Part shown: positions 1 through 11,900 of the stretch, piece after piece
How the letters are laid out: every line of letters starts with the position of its first letter
Position numbering within the stretch: position 1 is the first letter of the stretch
Assembly (NCBI GenBank): GCA_018985225.1
Contig: JADGIF010000008.1
Span: 1-32,000, forward strand
DNA: 32,000 bases
Direction: 5' to 3'
Source of the DNA: Amoeboradix gromovi X-113
Taxonomy: Eukaryota; Fungi; Sanchytriomycota
Notes under the pieces: model-generated
What the model was told of the DNA's origin: nothing
Databases searched by the model: none
The model's input: the letters and a program-made list of their open reading frames with translations, nothing else
Translations under genes and position numbers: made by a program

Positions 1-76
1 TTAATGATAGCATTTCCTCCGTATGGAGCACCTCCTTTAAAAACGAGTTAGTCTAGTTTTTATATTTGGTGTCCCA
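1..76. mobile_element. MITE family copy 1 (right end only, cut by window edge)
   Basis: Aligns with ~20174-20249, ~22820-22895 and ~30965-31040; ends in the shared terminal repeat CTAGTTTTTATATTTGGTGTCCCA. Confidence 0.85.
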
Positions 77-580
77 AATGTCACTGCAGAAGCCTTGAAA
101 TTAAGCAAACTCTTTGGTAGCGCTGTGATTTCAAACAGTTGATTGTTCTTACAGATGTCTTCTTATTCCAGATTCATAATCTTTTCGATTTTCGCCACTC
201 TATAAACACTCAACTGGGAAAGATTTTTAATTTGATCTTATTTAAGTGAAATTAGCAATTTGCTCAATTTAGATTATTATTACGAGCAGCTCCATTTTTC
301 CTTTTTTGGACTTGATCATGATATCGATGAACCACTGGTGTATACTATGCTTTTCATCCATTTCACGGTAACTTTAAAGTATTCACCAGACCTATACGAG
401 TTTACGTAATCGACTCTCGATACGATCCCTTGAGATTCTCAATAAGAAGTCTGATAAATATTTGTAGACATGCAGTCCTTTGGACTTGCTATTTGTTATT
501 GTTTTTTTGAAGATTCTGCAATGTTTCTCAAGATATGTACCATTTCCTAGATTGTATGAGTATAAAATGATTTACTTTTA

Positions 581-2215
581 TTAAATATCATACTCATTTA
601 CTTCTGGAGCATTAAATGATTCTACGGGAAGCTGCATATCAATAGTTTTGTAACCCGAACATGTATGAGATGATCTGTAATTATCTGCGTCCCCATGAAT
701 CGTGTAGTAATGATGAAAGACATGGCCACAAGGTAACACATCAAAATGAGATCTGATATCTATAGCGTCGCTACATACTTTACAAACAGCACGACTATTA
801 ATGATAGCATCTATGTGATTAAAAAGTGATATGCTCTTGCGAAATCCGATCGAATTGGTTAACTTGGATACAAGGCCACTGTTTGCTCGCAAAACCCTAT
901 TGGATTCATCCAGAGCACTAAAATCACTACTCATTTTCTGGATGATACGCAATACCAGTGCTGTATAGCGAATGTCATTTATCTGGAGCAACATTTTCAA
1001 GTATTTTACTGCAGTTAATTTCTTGGTTACTCCTGCTAGTGACTGGGCTACTAGCCTACATGTGGGAAGTGAGGTGCAATAATCACGAATCAAATCACAG
1101 TTTACCATTATGCTGCATTGTGAGATACCTGTACCTCTGTATGCTCTCCACCCTGAATCTGCATATGAAATATACTCATCAGAATACCAATTGTCTTTGT
1201 AATCTCTATTCCAATCATCTATCCATTCATTGTCTGTTATAATACCGACATTGAGATAATAAGTATCTAAATTCTTTGATGGCAGGCTCTGTGGCTGAAA
1301 ATAGAAGTACCCTGACTTGATATTATATTTCTTCAACTTGGTTTTCAAATATTCCAAAGTTGTAAATTTATGAAGACCGGGTCGACTAAGCAGTTCAATT
1401 ATGTCATTTTGATTAAATTCGTAGTGTTCTATATGTGATATTGCAAACTGCTTAATCGCCTCCAAAGTTGGACCATTTTGAAATGCTGTGGATGACAAGG
1501 CACAAAAGTACTTGAAAGGGTAGTCATAAGTGAAGAATTCTTGAACAGGTAAAGCTGCCTTCAAAAGAGGAAAAAGTTCCTTAAATTGAACATTTTCATA
1601 CACAAAACCATTTGGACCATCAAGCATACGTGGGATATTACCGGCATCTGTAAAATGGTACACCATCATGAATATTTCAGCTCTTTGATGATGAAGAGCA
1701 TATCTTAGGAGCCCATGCTCTTCCAGTAACCCATGCTCTTCTAGTAGCCCATTGAAGTCATAAGCCAGTTCAGAATACTTTCCACCATCTACTTGTCTTA
1801 ATTTTCCTATCTTAAGCAACAGATCTTTGAATGTACCACCCTGTCTAACGGTGAAAATGTTAGCAACTCCAATAAACAGCCTTAGATTACCATCATGAAT
1901 GCTTTCAACTATCAAATACTTCAATGCATCCCTGGAATAAATGGACGCTGAATCCCGAAAGATAGGAGGCCAAGAATAACGCAATGACTCTCTGCTATAT
2001 ACATTATAAACGTGATTGTACACATCTAGACAGGCTTTGTCTATATGTTCATTTACAATGCATTTAAATTTTTGACTCGCTCTACAATCATGTAGAAAGT
2101 CAACTACCTCATCTGCACTCTCCAGCCCACGTAATTGCGTAAATAAGCTATCACGAGTATCTGAATCATCATTGCAATACCGCTGTGCTAATATCAAAAT
2201 AAGAAAAGCGAGCAT
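581..2215 (-). CDS. Putative secreted protein with degenerate C-terminal RING-H2-like finger (~544 aa)
   Basis: The ORF track starts at a TTG (2329). The ATG at 2215 gives a hydrophobic N-terminus (MLAFLILILAQ); an upstream in-frame ATG (MTEIRC) is an alternative start. C-terminal CKVC...LPCGHVFH motif; AATAAA overlaps the stop. Confidence 0.7.
   Translation of the reverse strand: MLAFLILILAQRYCNDDSDTRDSLFTQLRGLESADEVVDFLHDCRASQKFKCIVNEHIDKACLDVYNHVYNVYSRESLRYSWPPIFRDSASIYSRDALKYLIVESIHDGNLRLFIGVANIFTVRQGGTFKDLLLKIGKLRQVDGGKYSELAYDFNGLLEEHGLLEEHGLLRYALHHQRAEIFMMVYHFTDAGNIPRMLDGPNGFVYENVQFKELFPLLKAALPVQEFFTYDYPFKYFCALSSTAFQNGPTLEAIKQFAISHIEHYEFNQNDIIELLSRPGLHKFTTLEYLKTKLKKYNIKSGYFYFQPQSLPSKNLDTYYLNVGIITDNEWIDDWNRDYKDNWYSDEYISYADSGWRAYRGTGISQCSIMVNCDLIRDYCTSLPTCRLVAQSLAGVTKKLTAVKYLKMLLQINDIRYTALVLRIIQKMSSDFSALDESNRVLRANSGLVSKLTNSIGFRKSISLFNHIDAIINSRAVCKVCSDAIDIRSHFDVLPCGHVFHHYYTIHGDADNYRSSHTCSGYKTIDMQLPVESFNAPEVNEYDI
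1711..1752. repeat. 18-bp in-frame tandem duplication (GLLEEH x2.3) inside the RING-like gene
   Basis: CCCATGCTCTTCCAGTAA / CCCATGCTCTTCTAGTAG / CCCAT on the + strand; protein reads GLLEEHGLLEEHGLL. Confidence 0.85.
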
Positions 2216-2847
2216 GTTGATTACTGCTGATGATTTGTATTTATGCCCCTCCAGTTCTCCTTGTACTACCAGGAGACATCGAATCTCAGTCATATTGCGC
2301 AATGTCAAAAGACTGATGTTGTACGACAATTACAAATAAATGGCATTCTTTAATTACAAATGTGCTATGGCCTTTGCTATACTTTTCATATCATTTATGC
2401 TAATAAATTCCGAGAATACCATCTGGACACAATGCTTGGAGTACAGTAGAATAAATTAATTTACTGGCTGACGTATAACCTGATAGTGCACTTGAAATGG
2501 TCAGTTATTGCTTTAACTTACCGTGCGAGTCTATTTGTAGAAATCGTAGATAAGAATGACGTAGACGGACTTCAGAAGGACTAGAAGTAGAAAGTAAACT
2601 TTATCAACAATACTTTATTCTTAGCAAACTGAAAAAGACCCGATATTGTCGTATGATATGAACATAGACATTTAGTAGAGAATGAAAGGGCAGAAACCAG
2701 ATGAAATGCGTAGGCTCTGAGAGCATGTGGGATCGGCGTAGGCCACTAGGATAGCGAGACTGCTAAAAAATAAAACAATGACTTGTTAATACCCGTTTAG
2801 CATTTCTTCAGTACAAGATCACGCTCTGCAGAGATGAGAGACTCCGC

Positions 2848-3167
2848 GAAATGGATACTCCATTTCTGGTGTAGTAGAGTGTAACCCCAATCACTCTTTA
2901 ACTGCCCTTGTACCTACTCTAAAATTAGCATTGTTGATTTCTGCCAACCAAGATCTACCTGCATAATGCGAGTGCAAAGTCTTTTATTTTTAGATTTTGA
3001 TTTTGCAAATTTTTCATTGATGTCCTTTGTACCAGTTCGTTGATCTTCTAAGGAGTTTGGTCAGGAAATGTTCTAATGCTGAAATTTCCTTTAACTTTAG
3101 CTGGTATCACAGTTTTGGCCCCGCTGAAGAAGGCTCCCTCTATTTCATGCAAACTCAAAGAAGGATG
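2848..3167 (-). pseudogene. DUG1: DUG1/CNDP2 (M20 Cys-Gly metallodipeptidase) pseudogene fragment
   Basis: Manual minus-strand translation: [46 protein letters not shown] ... HYAGRSWLAEINNANFRVGTRAVK ... VIGVTLYYTRNGVSI. This matches CNDP2/Dug1 motifs PSLSLHGIEGAF..GAKTVIP.KV.GKFSIR and GV.PD.TREGGSIP. Contains one in-frame TAG and about 3 frameshifts. Confidence 0.8.
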
Positions 3168-4448
3168 ACTACACTGGCAGATGTGTTCAATTGGGTCTAT
3201 ATGAAATATGTACCAGGTTCATATATTGCAAGCAATCTTGAAAAAAGAAATAGAATTAATCACAGCAAAACTCGGAACCATTTGGACTGAAATAAGTAGT
3301 GTCTAGACCTGGACACTATTGCGAAAAAGTATAGGTTCTGTTTGGGAGCCAAGAGCTTTTATTTTCCATGCACTTCTATATCTGGATTCTTTCTTATTAC
3401 ACTTGGACCATGGGTAAATATGCTCTTGACAGTATGGGTATCGTTGAAGGATACAGAAGAATACTGAGAAATAAATAGAAATGGAATTAAAGTAATATAT
3501 CATATGAGATGTATTATACACTTTTATAATGGCTTTTCAGTTTTGTTAACATTAAATCAGTACAAGGATTTGAACAGAGTTTTGCTGAACTCATTAAAAT
3601 ACCGTACCTTGACAATGGCAAGCAATAGGGTATGCCATGACCTGCTTGCAATATACCTAGCTCACAAGACTTGGTGGTAGTCTCATAATTTTTAATATGC
3701 ACATGCAGCTGCAATAATATGGTGCGATGAGGTAATCGTATATACTACTTGACCATCCTTCATCACTGCAAAAGACTTGAAAAGTGGCATGAACCTATCG
3801 TGTTCAGTACTTTTGGTATTCCACTAATATAAATGGGGCTTTTAACCATCTAGAATGAATTATGTAATTGGCAAGTGCGTGACGGAAGGTATCACCTGAA
3901 TCAATGCCTTCAAAAGTACGTTGGATGCATCACTTGCTCGGATATACAAACGTGAAGTCTCTGCAGTTGAATGCGCTCACTTGCACGTAAATTGGAGATT
4001 TTTCGAGCTAATATCCAAGACGGGGAATGCTCGAGCTTTAAATTATAAAATCGTCAAAAGATGATGGTAGCAAGAGTACCGCAGCAATTTGACAATACAT
4101 TGTTCATCATAGTGGATTGAGATACATCTAGTTTAAGACTATATGCTAATGCAATCACACTTGGGCAGTCCACGGAGACGGACCATAAGCTTGAGAGAAG
4201 TAAAAGCATGCTATCTATACGTGTTGCTCCATGGACGTTATATACGCTGTCTTCCATTCTGATTCGTTGGGATAACGCCAGAATTCAGATGGACAAATAG
4301 GATATGCATAATTTATATGCTGCCATCGAAGTTAAGAATTCCAAATAACCAGTGAAAACAAATTCAGAATTTGTATCTTAATACCGATATAGACCTTTTA
4401 TTCTAGGTTCTTAGATACTTGAGCCAAACACGTAAATGTTTTTGAAAC

Positions 4449-5627
4449 ATGTCTTTTGACAAATCTGGTGCCATATCACTAGACAGCGCTTTGAATTCAA
4501 TGGACGACATCTCTAAACCAGTAATCTGTAATCCTGATATTTATGAAAACAAAACCAGAAAGAAACCTGTAATTGCATGGGTAGATGGTTGCTTTGATGG
4601 TATGCATTTCGGGCACGCCAATGCCCTTAGACAGGCTAGAGCGTACTGTGATTTTTTGATTGTTGGAGTTCACTCTGATGCTGAAATAGAATATAACAAA
4701 GGGCCAACAGTTATGAAAGAGAAAGAAAGATATTTGGCAGCAGCAGCCTGTAAATGGTCTGACATGGTAGTTCCGAATGCACCATACTACACAGATGTGG
4801 ATATGCTGAAATACTATGGATGTGATTTTTGTGTACATGGCGATGACATAACAACAACTGCCGATGGAATAGATTGCTACCAGGCTTGTAAAGACGCAAA
4901 TATGTACAAAGAAGTACCTAGAACTCATGGAATTAGTACTACCGAACTATTGGGGAGAAATTCCTTTCGAGAGAACACCATAGACGCAGTGCTCCACATG
5001 TTGATGATAAGACTCTTCAGGAATCCCTTCAGAATGATTACGCGAAGCATGTTGAACCTTTTATGTGCAGTGCTTCGCAAAAAACAGTTTCTTCTTTTTT
5101 ACCAACTTCAAAGCGTATAATCCAGTTTTCCTCAGACAAAGACCCTAAGCCTAGTGACAAAAATTATTTACACAGATGGCGACTTTGACATGTTCCATAT
5201 TGGACATATAAAGTTCCTGCAGCAGTGCAAGCAACTAGGGAATTTTCTAATTGTCGGTATCCATGATGACATGGCGGTTAATTCTTACAAAGGATCTAAC
5301 TATCCGATTATGAATATAAATGAGCGAGTCTTGAGTGTTTTATCTTGTAGATTTGTGGATGAAATCATTATAAGTGCACCGATTGACATAATTCAGAGTC
5401 TGTTTGATCAATTCAACATATCTGCTGTGGTAATGAACCCAGATAAATTTGAGTCCAATTATTCATATGCAAAAGATGTACTGATTAAACCGTTTAAGAT
5501 GGTGCAGACTACTGAAAACGTGATTGATAGAATATTAGACCAAAGAAAAGAATACGAGGAAAGAAATAAGAAGAAGCAAAAGAAAGCACTAATGGAGCAA
5601 AAGATCAAAAACGAAAACAATAAATGA
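4449..5627 (+). CDS. ECT1: Ethanolamine-phosphate cytidylyltransferase (two CTP_transf domains), interrupted by two compensating frameshifts
   Basis: Domain 1: WVDGCFDGMHFGHANALRQA...RTHGISTTELLGR. Domain 2: IIYTDGDFDMFHIGH...PIMNINERVLSVLSCRFVDE. The conserved linker motif SSFLPTSKRIIQFS is in the -1 frame within ~4961-5161. Confidence 0.9.
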
Positions 5628-5632
5628 TTTAT

Positions 5633-5797
5633 TCACATTCCTGGGAATTGATTTTCCTTGTTTACTTTTTGACTATTTTTCAAAGACTTGTTTTTGGAAT
5701 GAAATTCTCTAACCCTCTTAGAGATGGGACTCATTGCAATAGATGCATCAGGGCTTTTCATGACAGATGGGAATGATTTTCTCAATTTGCTATCCAT
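5633..5797 (-). CDS. Small 54-aa Spo12-like protein (below the ORF-track cutoff)
   Basis: ATG 5797 to TGA 5633: MDSKLRKSFPSVMKSPDASIAMSPISKRVREFHSKNKSLKNSQKVNKENQFPGM. The SP-x6-SP-x-SK pattern resembles the Spo12 core (SPTD..vSPCS.KL). Contains a KEN motif; AATAAA overlaps the stop. Confidence 0.55.
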   Translation of the reverse strand: MDSKLRKSFPSVMKSPDASIAMSPISKRVREFHSKNKSLKNSQKVNKENQFPGM

Positions 5798-5947
5798 GTT
5801 TCGCAATCTATAATGGTTTGTGGATTTATTAATGTTCTATATGATCAATCACTAGTCGCATTTTTTCCAGAGCACAATTTCAGTAAATCAGCCACAAGGG
5901 TAAACATACAGAAAATTGGGGATATAGAGGCGTGACGGTCAGAAGTT

Positions 5948-8900
5948 ATGGAACAACTCGTTGAGCAGTTGAGCAATTTGCAGTATAGCAATCCAGTGGT
6001 GGGATACATTAACAAGTTAAAGAACATTTCCACTGACGAGATTCGTGGTGAAGTGAAGCAGGGTTTATTAGATGAAGAATGGATAAGAAAAGAACTTATG
6101 TCTGAAGTGGATTGCTACTTAACACTTGATAAGAAACTTCTTGCGTACTCCAAGATTCTTAAGAATTCGCAACTAATTAAAAGTAGTTTGAATGACAAAG
6201 AAATGGAGAAGATGTGTTTAGGCAAAGAATTAACTGCCAAGCATGGAATCACAATCATCCAGCTGCTGGTTCCGTATATCAACTATATAGATCAGTTTAG
6301 AGATCAGTCTCCTTTGTTGATATCTCATTATTATAAAGTTTTATCCCAAGGATGGACCACTTCAAGATTCTTTTGCAAAGATGACATATTTACGGGACTG
6401 ATTCTTAATTTAAGAGATAGCTTAATGCCTAAATTAAGGGAGATATCATCTTCAATATACCAGAACCCAAAAGATGGTTTATTTGTCGTTGATTCTTGCA
6501 TTGAAGCTTTTAGAGCTTACAAAATTGAATATTTTAAAAATAGAGAAGAAATTGAAAATAACGGCAAAATCGTAAGATGGGAGTTTGATCAAACCAAGCT
6601 ATTTGACATCACAAACTACATTTCCGATGTGCTCTCAGATTTAAAGCATATTTTAACAGTGTTATACAAAATTCAGTCATCTTTGGATGATAACATGAAG
6701 TCACATACTGGAGAAGGCTTGTCGATTGATGAGCTTCTGAAGAAGTCATTCAAGATTGTATCTGCATTTGAACAATTATCGCTGGACATTTGGGATAAAA
6801 AGAATAAAAACTCTTGGAAAACCATGATTCGTAGATTTGATGATAATCTAGTTCATATAGAAGAGATGATTTGCCAGTTCATAACTAATTGTTTAAGAAA
6901 GAGCAGTGTTAGTTTTATAAATCTACAGATACTGCAGTGTTGTTCCAAGCCCGGTACCCTGGATTCAGTGGTGCAATTAGCCGATGCAAGCTTAAAAGTG
7001 TTAGTTACCAACTTCTATGACGAAATTAAAGCAGCCAAGGCTAAATTCGATACTATATCCAAATCACCTTCGAAAAGCGATGGGACATTTGACAAGGTGT
7101 ATCAGCTGAAGCAGGAGTACAATACTTATAAGAAAGTAATGGTGGAGCTGCGTAAGAACAGGGTAATAGACTCTATTGAAGGCAAAGCCTTATTTGATAG
7201 TTATATCAATTTTTCGATTGTTATAAAACATTTGCACGACACATGGTGTACTACATTTTTTGATAATACAATAAGTCGATTTAACAGCTGCTTGTCATGG
7301 AACGTGTTGATCGAAAAAGACAACAAAATTGTAGTTAATTTCCCATTTGAAATGTATCCTAATCTAAAAGAAATTAAATTATTTGAAGCTTACATCACTG
7401 ATCTCTCAGTCAACATTAAAATCATAGCGCCGCAATTATATCAGTGTTCTCAGAAATATCAAAGACTATATAGAACTGTGTTTAAACTAAATGCAATTAG
7501 AGAAAGCGTTGAATTCACCGAAGAATGGTTAATAAGTGACCATGTAAAGCAACTAGAAACGGTTTTAAACACTGGAATATTAAGAATGACTTGGTGCTCT
7601 TTAGCAATAGATAAGTATTGCGAGTCATTAGAAAAGGAGATATTAAACATGAATAGCAAGATGCAGCAAGCTCATAAAACGCTGAACATGATGAACAAGA
7701 AAATTCACGGGTTAAAAAAGATAGGTATTCAACTAATAAACGAATTTAGGTTTACAGATTCGCAGGACATCCAATTGAAACTGAGATCGACAGGAAGGAG
7801 GCTTACAGATTCAATAATACAGGTGCAGCAAACAGTTTCCAGTATACTGACTAACTTACCGAAAGTGTTTCATAAAGATTTAAAGGATCCGCTGTTTGGG
7901 CAACTGTGCCTAGAAACTGAGAAATTATTGTATTTTACGTGCGAAGGCGTGTGTGATGCGATGATGGTTGTTTTGACTAGAAAATTCAAAGTAGAGAAAT
8001 CCATGCTGGCTGAAATACTGATCAGCTCTAAAGGCATTTTGTACACAAATCCAAACTCAGCCCAGCTTTTTAAAATTTTAATGCAGTTCCCAAACTGGCT
8101 AGCAAACCCAATGGACAGAGTGTACAGATGGGAGAACGGATCTTGTAAATATGTGAACAAGGAAATGGGAAAAATATATAATTTTAAAAACTCTTTGATA
8201 ATCAGCAAAGTATACATAAAATCATCAAACAAGTACCAAAAAAATTGCGCAGATCTCATGAAGTCCATAAACATCGACATTGAATCACTAAACAAATACC
8301 AAATGATCTGGAAGTGCGACTTGGATGACTTGCGACAGTTAGAGATGAATAACGCCGATTCTTGTATATTTTATGCAAATATTACAAATTATTTGTTTTC
8401 ACTTCAAAATGAACTGGCTGACTACTTAATAGATCAAGATTTCAGGTTTTTAAAATATGGCTTTGCCAAATTTCTGTTATTTACAAAGGACATGCTGATT
8501 AAATCTTTAACTGACATTGGCTCTCTATTTTTGAGTAGAGCCATCAGTGAGATAAAGGATGGATTTCTGAAAATAGAATCCTTGGGAGACGCAGAATTTG
8601 GATCCGGTGATATCTGCAGTGATTTCGACAATTATTTTAAATTGAAACAGCAAATTGATACTGAGAAACATCTGTCCGTTCTGATATATCATTTTGATGT
8701 CCTCATATCTCTTTGTAGACCGTTGTTCAATACAAGCAATGTAGAATTGCACATGAGTAACTTTCAATCATTGTTATCGGTTAAATCACTGAAAAGTGAC
8801 CAATTCGCACCTATACAGAACCTGTTTGATTTGCTAAAATCCAAACTAGAAAAAGAGTTTCACAAAATTATCAACTATGGGGATGCAGTTTTGCAGAAGT

Positions 8901-11900
8901 TTACTGCACTGTTAGTTGCTACTAGCAATCCAATCACAGCGTCTAAGGTATATGTTCAGTTTAGTAAAGAATTTAGTGTACTACTGGACAAAGCAAATGA
9001 ACTTTCAGATTTAGGAACCAAAACCAATCTAAATTTGATGCTTAAATGGAATTCCAGCAACTGCAGTGTGTTTATACACGACGACTTGGAAGAATTTTTA
9101 ACTAGGTTTTCAGAGTACTACGAAGCTACATTGCTGTTGACGAGCAATGGCATATCTGTACTTGTAGTTCAAAAATGTAATGAGCTCATCAACAAATGCA
9201 GCGGATTGATGGTCAACAAACCATTTTCGTTTCTCACAACTAGTCTTAATCAATTGAAGACACTTTTAGAATACCTGAGTTTAATCAACTCACTAATGTC
9301 GCATAACTTAGAGTTGCGACACTTTACAAAGATTAGCAAAACAGTGCATGTCGCAGAAATACAGAAATTAGATTTTATAGCAGTGATGAAAATAGATTTT
9401 AACGTTTTGCAGGATGCGATAACGAAGGAAAAAGAATGGTTTAGTAAGGAGTTAGAACTAGAAAGAAAGTACATGAAGTTACTGCGACAGGTATCACACA
9501 TGTTTATATCTAAAGTCCCAACAAGCCTGTTTAAGCTAATGATAACTAACATAGCAGATATGAAGATAAAGTACGAGTCGATAATAATAGAATTGGCATT
9601 ATTGTTGAGTTTAGACCACAGCGAATTTATAAGGATGGAGATTATCAACAGCAACAACGAGTTAGTAAATGTAGTAGACTGCCTCTCAAGTATTGATGAC
9701 ATACAGACAGAGATAGAGTCTGTCTATACAATAATACAAAACCTTTTAAAGAACAATACAATTTTAGAGAAAATCAAATTGCTAAAACTAAGATATTACG
9801 AAATAATTGACCCTCTATTTGAATACGAGTCAGTTTATCAATTGATGTCAGATGAAGAAAACGATTTGGTGAGATTGAAACAGGAAGTGTTTACTTTAAA
9901 AAGGTATGTATTTACAGAGTTGGATCAGTTTAGAAACACATTTCCACGATTCTGGATATTGTCAAACGATGAGCTGATAAAGATTTTGTCATTCTCTTTT
10001 AAGAAAGAGTGGTTCAATACTTTTAAAAGGATATTTAATGGAGTGGATAAGTTCACATTTACAAAAGATGCTCAAAATGTGTTTATAACGAGTTTGGGTA
10101 ACACGGAAAATGAGACATTGGCGTTGCCGATTGACATTGGATTAAACTATTCAGATTTAAAATGCTTTGCAAGTTTATTAACATCAATGCAAATTGGGAT
10201 ACGTAACCAGATATTTGAGGCAATAAATTGCATTCTGAATGGTGACTTGGATGCGCTCATAGCAATTACTTCATCTGCGATTACTGTAGCATTACGTTAT
10301 TGCGCTTCTAAAGGTCATATGAAATCACTTTCTGAAGATATTGTAAAGCAGCTACAAATATCAAACAAATGGAAATCAAAAAAGCTGGAGAAGATATTTA
10401 TTGATTTAAGTAACGCCAAAGAGTTATCCCATATCTTTGGCGTAGAAATAAACAACAATTTGATATGCACCACCTTTAATGGCATGAGATTTGAACACGG
10501 ATTAGAATTCAAGGCTTGTTCAAGGATATTTTGTCATACCCCTATTACAATAAGAACGTTCTCAAACTTTTATGTCGACAGAATTAGCAAGAAATGGACA
10601 TATGCACTGGGCCTGAGTGGGAGTGGTAAAACGGAATCTATTCAAGAGTTTTCAGATTTTTGTGGTTATTTTTGTTACGAGGTAAATTGTGGAGATGTGC
10701 TGGGTAGTGAGTCATTAAAGAATATCCTGACAGGAAGTGAATTCAAAAAAGCCAGCTATTGGGTCAACTTGAGTGAGGTTAACAGACTTTCCAGTAAGGT
10801 ACTACTGCAATTGTCTGAGTCAATTCTGGTCTTAAATGGAAATACGTTTTCAAATGTGTTTGTAAGTTTAAATCCTTATTCCCAATCTAGAAACATTATA
10901 CCAGAGAGCGTCAAGTTTCAATTTCACCAGATTATACTTGAGAAACCGCCTGTTAAAGAAATCTTTGTAAAAATGCTAACAAGCCCAATATTTATTAAAA
11001 AAGATAAGAAATTCGCCGAGTCGCTGCTGCAAAGCGCATGTTACTTGGACTGCTTTCACACTCGTGATACCTATCCCGGAATGTTTCTCAAATTGCTACA
11101 AATGTACATTGATAATCCGAATCAAATAATGCCCAGTATGAAGAGTTTTGTGCATCCAGACAAATCTAGTTTCGTGTACAAGAATGAAACAGATCTTATC
11201 AGCAAAAGTGAAAGCATCATACAATTCTTGGAAAGATTTCATTCTCTGGTCCTGGTAGGATCATTTGATGATTCATTTGTAAGCACAATCAAGGACGTAG
11301 AAAATCATTACTTGCAGCAGGGAAACGTTAAAACACAGCATGTGAACCCAAACATGTATTCATCATTTGAAAACTTTGGGAGCTGTGATGATTTTAACGT
11401 ATTTACAAGTGGTGTAATCACAAGTTGCTTAGAGGAAGGCTGCTCATATCAAGGTACATACCTACTTGTCTTGGATGCTGAACTATTCTCCGAATGGTCT
11501 GAAAATTTGAACTCCGTTTTAGATGACAACCGGTCCTTCTTTTATCCAGATGGGAAAAAATTGGAAATATCTTTGAATGTCAAAATTATATTTTGCACAT
11601 GCAGTCTGAAAAATGTGTCCCCAAGTGTAACAAGAAGATCCACTGTGGTGTTTGTGGATTTAGAAATTCAGGATTGTGATTTTTGGATTGTACACTACGA
11701 CAATTTAAAACAAGAGCACTTGTTTTATGACCCAGATGTATCCATTAACTGCATAGTCAATTACTACACCAAAATCAAGCACCTGAACGAACTCTACGGT
11801 AAATATTATGCATTTTGGGCTTTTAGCAAGTTTAAAACCTTTGATGCTTGTAGTTCTTGGTTCAAAGAGGATTTGAATGTTGCGCTGCTGGGAATTCAGG

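Noticed and set aside
3200-4300. Short minus-strand ORFs, possibly remnants of a membrane-protein gene
   Set aside because: Interrupted by stops; no family recognisable by eye. Needs a frameshift-aware search.
4962-4970. TCC TTT CGA resembling the influenza PA-X +1 frameshift motif
   Set aside because: A +1 shift here reaches TAG within a few codons; the required shift is -1.
5051-5070. 20-nt GT-AG segment GTTGAACCTTTTATGTGCAG that would fix the first ECT1 frameshift
   Set aside because: No branch motif like the other two introns, and the homolog-like FLSREHH lies upstream of it, already in the shifted frame.
5118-5120. Stop-codon reassignment (TAR=Gln) or readthrough joining the ECT1 halves
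   Set aside because: The 3221-codon dynein has no in-frame TAR and many genes end in TAA/TAG. The conserved linker is in another frame, so readthrough would not restore it.
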